The notes under the pieces: model-generated
Told to the model about the DNA's origin: nothing
Database searches by the model: none
What the model saw: only the letters and a program-made list of their open reading frames with translations
From: an uncultured virus (IMG/VR IMGVR_UViG_3300032283_001024)
Lineage: Duplodnaviria; Heunggongvirae; Uroviricota; Caudoviricetes
Direction: 5' to 3' (one strand)
IMG/VR virus record: IMGVR_UViG_3300032283_001024
Length of the DNA stretch: 20,237 nt
Made by a program: the position numbers and the translations under genes
Part shown: in pieces, positions 15,874 to 20,237 of the stretch
How the letters are laid out: the number at the start of each line of letters is the position of its first letter
Numbering within the stretch: position 1 is the first letter of the stretch

Positions 15874-16586
15874 TGGTACACAGTTTCAGAGTACATTGCT
15901 TTCTGTAGATTCTTAACCATATTATTAGGATCAAACGAAGGAATTCCTGATTTAGAACTATTTGCTAAATCAGGCAATCCGTGTTCAGACAAGAAACGAG
16001 TCAAAAAGTTTTTTGTGTCTGGGTCTGCATCACCGTTAACGTAAAAATTGTAAGTATTGCCTGTGCGAGTCTGTTGATTAGTAGACGCTGTTGTAGTAGG
16101 TCCGGGGGTAATTCCATATTGAGTTTGCAGTTCTTTGATATTTTTTGATGGTTGACCGTAGTAGCTGCCTCCTCTCATAGTCGGAAACGATGCCCATTCA
16201 GGTGCAAGTGCAGACGCAACTTGTGAAGACATTCCTTGTTTATCTAGGGCAGCAAGTCCGCCTAAAGATTTTAAACGTTGATCCGCAAGATAAGCAGCAG
16301 CGATATCTTGTTCTTGAGGACCGAATTTTTTCAAGCCGAGCTTAGAAGATACTGATTGCCAAGTAGGAGTTAGAAACTGGTAGGCGCCTGCTGCAGTGCT
16401 GGTGTGTCTGCCACTGCTAACAGCTTGGTCAGGATGCCTATTGAAATCGCTAAACAGACCGCCACCATATTTTGTTCGGTATCCTTCCGGACCTGCAGTA
16501 CCTTCTGCGTATCGGATTGTGTTCAGGAGCCTACGTACTGAAGGCTTTTGAACTTGCTGTGCATAGAAAGAGTAGTCTTCAGGCAT
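15870..16586 (-). CDS. lambda R-type lysozyme / lytic transglycosylase (GH104)
   Basis: LLNTIRYAEGT, STAAGAYQFL..TW, FGP..QD.AA, LAPEWASFP, YGQP. ATG at 16586 avoids a long overlap with the upstream gene. Confidence 0.92.
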   Translation of the reverse strand: MPEDYSFYAQQVQKPSVRRLLNTIRYAEGTAGPEGYRTKYGGGLFSDFNRHPDQAVSSGRHTSTAAGAYQFLTPTWQSVSSKLGLKKFGPQEQDIAAAYLADQRLKSLGGLAALDKQGMSSQVASALAPEWASFPTMRGGSYYGQPSKNIKELQTQYGITPGPTTTASTNQQTRTGNTYNFYVNGDADPDTKNFLTRFLSEHGLPDLANSSKSGIPSFDPNNMVKNLQKAMYSETVYQ

Positions 16587-16608
16587 GACTGGAATTCCTT
16601 CAATAATC

Positions 16609-17088
16609 TCAGCGGAAGCTGGTTTCGAACAGAATGCGAGTGCCAACAGCAACGTCAGCGGGACCCGGGAGCGCTTGAATGAACTCAGCGCCTTCTCGGT
16701 TAAATCGGTACCTTGCCTGTTCTGGGTTTCGGTAATTGGGAACATAGAGATGGAGAGCTAATCGATCCGTCTCGTATAGATAGATTTGTGACCAAGTTTT
16801 CAAAGTCTCCTTAAAGTCTGAAGTTGAGATCGTACGTGAAACATCTCCCGCGATGTTTTCAAGACGATTTTTAGGAACGTTGAAATTGTTAACTGAACCG
16901 GTCATGTCGGTCTGCTTTTCTGCATAGTCGCACCGAGTGACCTGCTCAGAAATCTTGCTATACCAAAACGAATCAGGAATGTTGTTCACGGCCTCTTCCA
17001 GTCGGGCTTGGTCGCCAGCAGGGATAGATGTGACGTTGTATCCCAAATGCCAGCGAACTTTCGACTGGAGGAAGGTGTCAAGTTGCAT
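16609..17088 (-). CDS. conserved phage protein, possibly head completion / head-tail connector
   Basis: 159-aa helical protein starting KVRWHLGY, located downstream of the capsid genes; function inferred from position only. Confidence 0.55.
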   Translation of the reverse strand: MQLDTFLQSKVRWHLGYNVTSIPAGDQARLEEAVNNIPDSFWYSKISEQVTRCDYAEKQTDMTGSVNNFNVPKNRLENIAGDVSRTISTSDFKETLKTWSQIYLYETDRLALHLYVPNYRNPEQARYRFNREGAEFIQALPGPADVAVGTRILFETSFR

Positions 17089-17107
17089 TACTTAACAACG
17101 GAACTAA

Positions 17108-17134
17108 GGAAAGACGGCGATGACACGTCTTTCC
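17108..17134 (-). other. 9-bp stem-loop (GGAAAGACG/CGTCTTTCC) between the HhH gene and 16609..17088
   Basis: Perfect inverted repeat with a 9-nt loop, directly downstream of TAGAAT (17138-17143); weak U-tract, so terminator or 5' leader. Confidence 0.55.
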
Positions 17135-17163
17135 CTTATTCTACATGGATGAAATTCTGTCTA

Positions 17164-17604
17164 TTATTCGACTCTAACGAGATTATCTGCAACAATTGCA
17201 TCCCAATCAACACGTTTGATTGCCTTGAGCTGCTCAAGTCGAACAAATTTCTCCCCTGACATCGAAGTTTGTAGATCTTTAATATCCCGCGCTGTCTTAA
17301 GCCCAACTCCGGGGAGTGCGTCTGCGATTTGGCGAGCACTAGCAGTGTTGATGTTGATTCTGGTGTCTAGCGGGAACGTTTCTTTGTTAGTGGGCTTTGC
17401 AGGATTAACGCCCTCTTGCTTCAACTGTTCCGTCAAACGTTCTTCGTTTTGAATTTTTTCGGAAGTAGCGCCCAGGTGAGGAATAAGTTCTGACTCTTCC
17501 ACGAAAAAAACTTCATCCTGTGCATCGACGCACATTAAGATCCCTTCGCCGTGCTGAGACACGACTTCAAGAAGGGCGCCAGTTGGTTTGTACTGGTACA
17601 GCAT
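17164..17604 (-). CDS. helix-hairpin-helix (ComEA-like) DNA-binding protein
   Basis: RININTASARQIADALPGVGLKTA..I.......F..LEQLKAIK. Confidence 0.85.
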   Translation of the reverse strand: MLYQYKPTGALLEVVSQHGEGILMCVDAQDEVFFVEESELIPHLGATSEKIQNEERLTEQLKQEGVNPAKPTNKETFPLDTRININTASARQIADALPGVGLKTARDIKDLQTSMSGEKFVRLEQLKAIKRVDWDAIVADNLVRVE

Positions 17605-17668
17605 ACGTAGTTGAAAGAAGAACTACAAGTACAATACCAACCTTTATCTTAAAACACCATACAGACAG

Positions 17669-17692
17669 AAAAAACGGGCCGTTAGGCCCGTT
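17669..17692 (-). terminator. rho-independent terminator after the capsid operon
   Basis: Minus strand AACGGGCC-TAAC-GGCCCGTT followed by TTTT, about 25 nt after the stop at 17717. Confidence 0.85.
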
Positions 17693-17716
17693 ATGTCTGA
17701 AGTACTGCCTTCAGGA

Positions 17717-18550
17717 TCAGCTGTCGTCTCCACCGATTTGCGAGGCAAAATCGATCTTGTCTTGGATGTCATTCCAGGACACAGCAGCAGCTGCCCGGAC
17801 GTAGCTAAGACGGCAAATGATGTAAGCCATACGACCAGCGGCGCTGTCAGCTGCAGAGATGAAGTAACCGCCGCCGTTGTTCGTAGTCGAAGTAGTGGCG
17901 GTGGTGTTGAACACCTTCCAAGTAACAGCAGAGGTGACCTTGTACAGCATGGAGTTGGCGAGATCGCTACTCACAATGGTGCCGGTAACAGAAGACGGGA
18001 AAGGAACCACACCAGTTCCAGCAGTTGTCGCGCCTGCGCCTTGGGCGATGGTGCTACTGGAGGCCTGCAGATACGAAGTAGCAGCAGCCAGGCCAGTGGT
18101 CTGGGAGGAAGGAATGCCAAGGGGCGCGGTGCCGTTGGCAGGACCAAACAGCAGGTACTCCGTGGCGTTGGTGAACTTCAGATCAGCCGTTACAGGGTCT
18201 GCTGGGAAACCGGGGAGGGGATCCGCAGCGTTGTTGGCAGGAAGATCCTTGGCAAGGGCAATAGAAGCGCCATACACAAAGATCGGGGCAGTGGAGCTAC
18301 CCGTCAAAGTCAGCGTCGTGATGTTATCCCGCACACGATCGTCAGTACGACGATCAGGGGAAGGAATAATCACGTCAAGGCCAACGGGGTTATTGGTCGC
18401 GCTGGTCACGGAAACCGGCACGTAAGCGATTGCTTCGTAGCAGGCAAGACCAGGCCAGCCATAGACGCCTTCAGCGTTGTAAGCAGAAAGGCGGTTGACC
18501 TGGGCACCAGGTTGCAGGATTTGGGCTGCGCCAGATTTGTAAATAGCCAT
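17717..18550 (-). CDS. putative capsid decoration / minor capsid protein
   Basis: Directly follows the MCP with a strong GGAGG SD; A/T/S/G-rich; followed by a terminator. Confidence 0.6.
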   Translation of the reverse strand: MAIYKSGAAQILQPGAQVNRLSAYNAEGVYGWPGLACYEAIAYVPVSVTSATNNPVGLDVIIPSPDRRTDDRVRDNITTLTLTGSSTAPIFVYGASIALAKDLPANNAADPLPGFPADPVTADLKFTNATEYLLFGPANGTAPLGIPSSQTTGLAAATSYLQASSSTIAQGAGATTAGTGVVPFPSSVTGTIVSSDLANSMLYKVTSAVTWKVFNTTATTSTTNNGGGYFISAADSAAGRMAYIICRLSYVRAAAAVSWNDIQDKIDFASQIGGDDS

Positions 18551-18567
18551 GTGTAGTTACCTCCGTA

Positions 18568-19710
18568 TCAGATGATGGTGAAAGCGGAAGTGATGAAGTC
18601 CTTGTTCAGGTTAGCAAAACCGGCGTACAGCTGCCAAATCAGAATGATGAAACGGCTGAAGTCGTCGTTGTTGTTGATGAGAACCTGAGCGTTCGGACCA
18701 CCAATACCTACGCCTACGGCTTGAGGACCGAAGAACAGGCCAGGAGGAGTAACATGAGAAATGCTACCGCCACCATCGCCAATGTCCACGGTGATCGACT
18801 TGCTAGCAAAGTTGGTGGATTCGAAGAACCGCACACCTTCAAAAACAAAGCCAGTGGGCATCACTGGTTCACCAGCAACAAACATGGCTTGGCCGTACTG
18901 ACCGCCGCCGTAGATGGCTTGGCTGGGTCCGGTAGCACCCATAAGGGGGTTGCCTTGGCCCATGCCTGGATAGCGTGCCACTTCACGGAAGCCCTGGTCA
19001 GCGCGAAGATCGCGCATGAATGAGGGATCAGCGATACAACGGTAGTAGCCGTCTTGGAAGACAGGCACGTTACGCTTACGCAGCTGACGAACCACTTCAA
19101 GGAGGTCGGTCTTGACGTTGAACTTGTAACGCTCCGAGGCGTACTCGGTAGCTGTGAAAGAGTTCAGAGCAGTGGAGCTGGAGCGAGTCTTACCATTGGG
19201 GTAGTAGTAACCACCTTGAGTATCACCCGAAGCGCCGCGAGTCTCCGATTTCGCCATCTCGTCAAGGAACACACGGTCCCTCCAACGGCGATAATCATCG
19301 AGCAAGGTCAGCGAGCCGATGGACTGGTGGAACATGTTGAGGTTCCCCGTGTCCAGCAGAAGACGCTGAGCGGTCATCAGAGTCTCACGAGCGATCTTGA
19401 AAGTGCTCGGAGCATTGACGTTGTTCGGGTCGGCAGGGCCGGTGTACTCACGCAGAGAAACCAGCACCTTGTCCTTGACGATAGCCCGGCTGCTAGCGGT
19501 ACCAATGGTTTGATCCTGGGTACGCTCACGGCTGGTCTTCGTTCCGGGGTTGCCCCAGAAGCGGTACCGGTCCAGCTGCACGGTTTGGCCGGGCTGCTTA
19601 GTGAAATCGTGGACAACTACCGGTTCGGCAGCCATCTCCACGATGTAAGCTGGGTGGGGCCGATAGAGTTCTGCGCCCAGCAGCTTCGGAAAATCATTAT
19701 CAATGAACAT
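18568..19710 (-). CDS. major capsid protein (HK97 fold, N4-gp56-like)
   Basis: 380 aa; DF.KQPGQTV...RY, Y.CI..P....DL..D..F, FEGVRFFESTN, FFGPQAVG, DFSR...IW.LY.GF; strong codon bias and strong promoter. Confidence 0.85.
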   Translation of the reverse strand: MFIDNDFPKLLGAELYRPHPAYIVEMAAEPVVVHDFTKQPGQTVQLDRYRFWGNPGTKTSRERTQDQTIGTASSRAIVKDKVLVSLREYTGPADPNNVNAPSTFKIARETLMTAQRLLLDTGNLNMFHQSIGSLTLLDDYRRWRDRVFLDEMAKSETRGASGDTQGGYYYPNGKTRSSSTALNSFTATEYASERYKFNVKTDLLEVVRQLRKRNVPVFQDGYYRCIADPSFMRDLRADQGFREVARYPGMGQGNPLMGATGPSQAIYGGGQYGQAMFVAGEPVMPTGFVFEGVRFFESTNFASKSITVDIGDGGGSISHVTPPGLFFGPQAVGVGIGGPNAQVLINNNDDFSRFIILIWQLYAGFANLNKDFITSAFTII

Positions 19711-19794
19711 GTGGGTTACTCAGCGTAAGAGAAGTTAGCTGAAACCAGAGGAAAAAGATCCTCTATGCATGGAACAACTGCTCCACTGGTAATA

Positions 19795-19803
19795 ATTATA
19801 GCA
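19795..19803 (-). promoter_or_regulatory. consensus extended -10 promoter TGcTATAAT for the capsid operon
   Basis: Minus strand TGCTATAAT about 85 nt upstream of the MCP ATG. Confidence 0.7.
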
Positions 19804-19823
19804 ACACTTACTTACAGCCGTTA

Positions 19824-20126
19824 TTAACTTCCGGGAACATATCCGCCCCCGATGACGTTACCTGGGTTGTAATAGTTGTTTGGTTTGGGGCCAAGATTCC
19901 TGTAAGGGCTTACAGTTTGAGTTTTATCTTGCATGGCAATATTCTGAGCTTGGACTTCAGGGACAATTCCGGTTCCAGGAATTTTTCCCTGTGACGCCAT
20001 CATGTCGTACATGTTACCCATGACCTGCGTGCTGTTTGCATCCTGCTCCGACTGCGTTCGTTTTTTCTTTGCAGCTTGTTGAGCAGTAGCTTTTGATTTA
20101 GCTTTTTTTGCCTTAGAACAATCCAT
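19824..20126 (-). CDS. hypothetical protein with Lys/Ala-rich basic N-terminus
   Basis: ATG at 20126 (MDCSKAKKAKSKATAQQAAKKKR...). Confidence 0.7.
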   Translation of the reverse strand: MDCSKAKKAKSKATAQQAAKKKRTQSEQDANSTQVMGNMYDMMASQGKIPGTGIVPEVQAQNIAMQDKTQTVSPYRNLGPKPNNYYNPGNVIGGGYVPGS

Positions 20127-20155
20127 GGGTCTTTCCTGCAATTACTAGCTTACTA

Positions 20156-20237
20156 TCAGGCAACATTAGGCATGCCAACGCCAAGCTGTGCTCCAAGGTT
20201 TTGACCTGCCATACGTGCTTTACGTGCTTTACGTGCT
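20156..20237 (-). CDS. 3' end of a basic protein truncated by the window edge
   Basis: Reads ...ARKARKARMAGQNLGAQLGVGMPNVA*. Confidence 0.55.
   Translation of the reverse strand, partial: ARKARKARMAGQNLGAQLGVGMPNVA
20212..20237. repeat. 9-bp tandem repeat (TACGTGCTT)n, about 3 copies, running off the window
   Basis: Units at 20212, 20221 and 20230; encodes (ARK)n on the minus strand. Confidence 0.85.

Noticed and set aside
16587..16745. Apparent signal peptide (VPLTLLLALAFCSKPASA) on the 291-aa lysozyme ORF
   Set aside because: It lies in an alternative frame of the upstream gene's 3' end. The ATG at 16586 is more parsimonious, though the longer start is not strictly excluded.
18550..18570. 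Possible stop-codon readthrough fusing the MCP to the next protein
   Set aside because: The 17-nt spacer is out of frame, no slippery site was seen, and the downstream gene has its own GGAGG SD.
17693..19728. Long plus-strand ORFs (17693..18556, 17877..18425, 19054..19728) antisense to the capsid genes
   Set aside because: Shadow ORFs expected from strong codon bias; no recognisable motifs.
20212..20237. Tandem repeat as a CRISPR array or iteron
   Set aside because: No spacers; the 9-bp unit is in frame within a coding region.

Overview
A gene-dense segment of a tailed dsDNA phage that most likely infects a (freshwater) cyanobacterium. The host inference rests on an nblA-like gene, a cyanophage-type C39 peptidase/holin pair and a cyanobacterial-type metalloprotease. 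Most genes lie on the minus strand. From right to left they are: basic proteins, major capsid protein and a second structural protein with a terminator, a helix-hairpin-helix protein, a putative head-completion protein, two peptidoglycan hydrolases, structural/tail proteins, a lysis pair, HNH, Dps, a tail-fibre cassette, nblA and a degenerate lysozyme. The plus strand carries two tRNAs (Leu-UAA, Thr-UGU), a dNMP kinase, a small membrane protein and the end of a degenerate adenine-methyltransferase-like gene. The most unusual signals are peptide tags reused between otherwise unrelated proteins: (i) a shared C-terminal GNTYNFY..FL..GL..SFDP tail on a lambda-type lysozyme and a circularly permuted M23 peptidase; (ii) a P-x-[KR][DENQ]F[LA][ST]x[FY] motif recurring in small proteins; (iii) a 15-aa C-terminus shared by two genes 5 kb apart; (iv) a possible daisy-chain tail-fibre cassette. 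All calls come from reading motifs by eye; no database searches were run.
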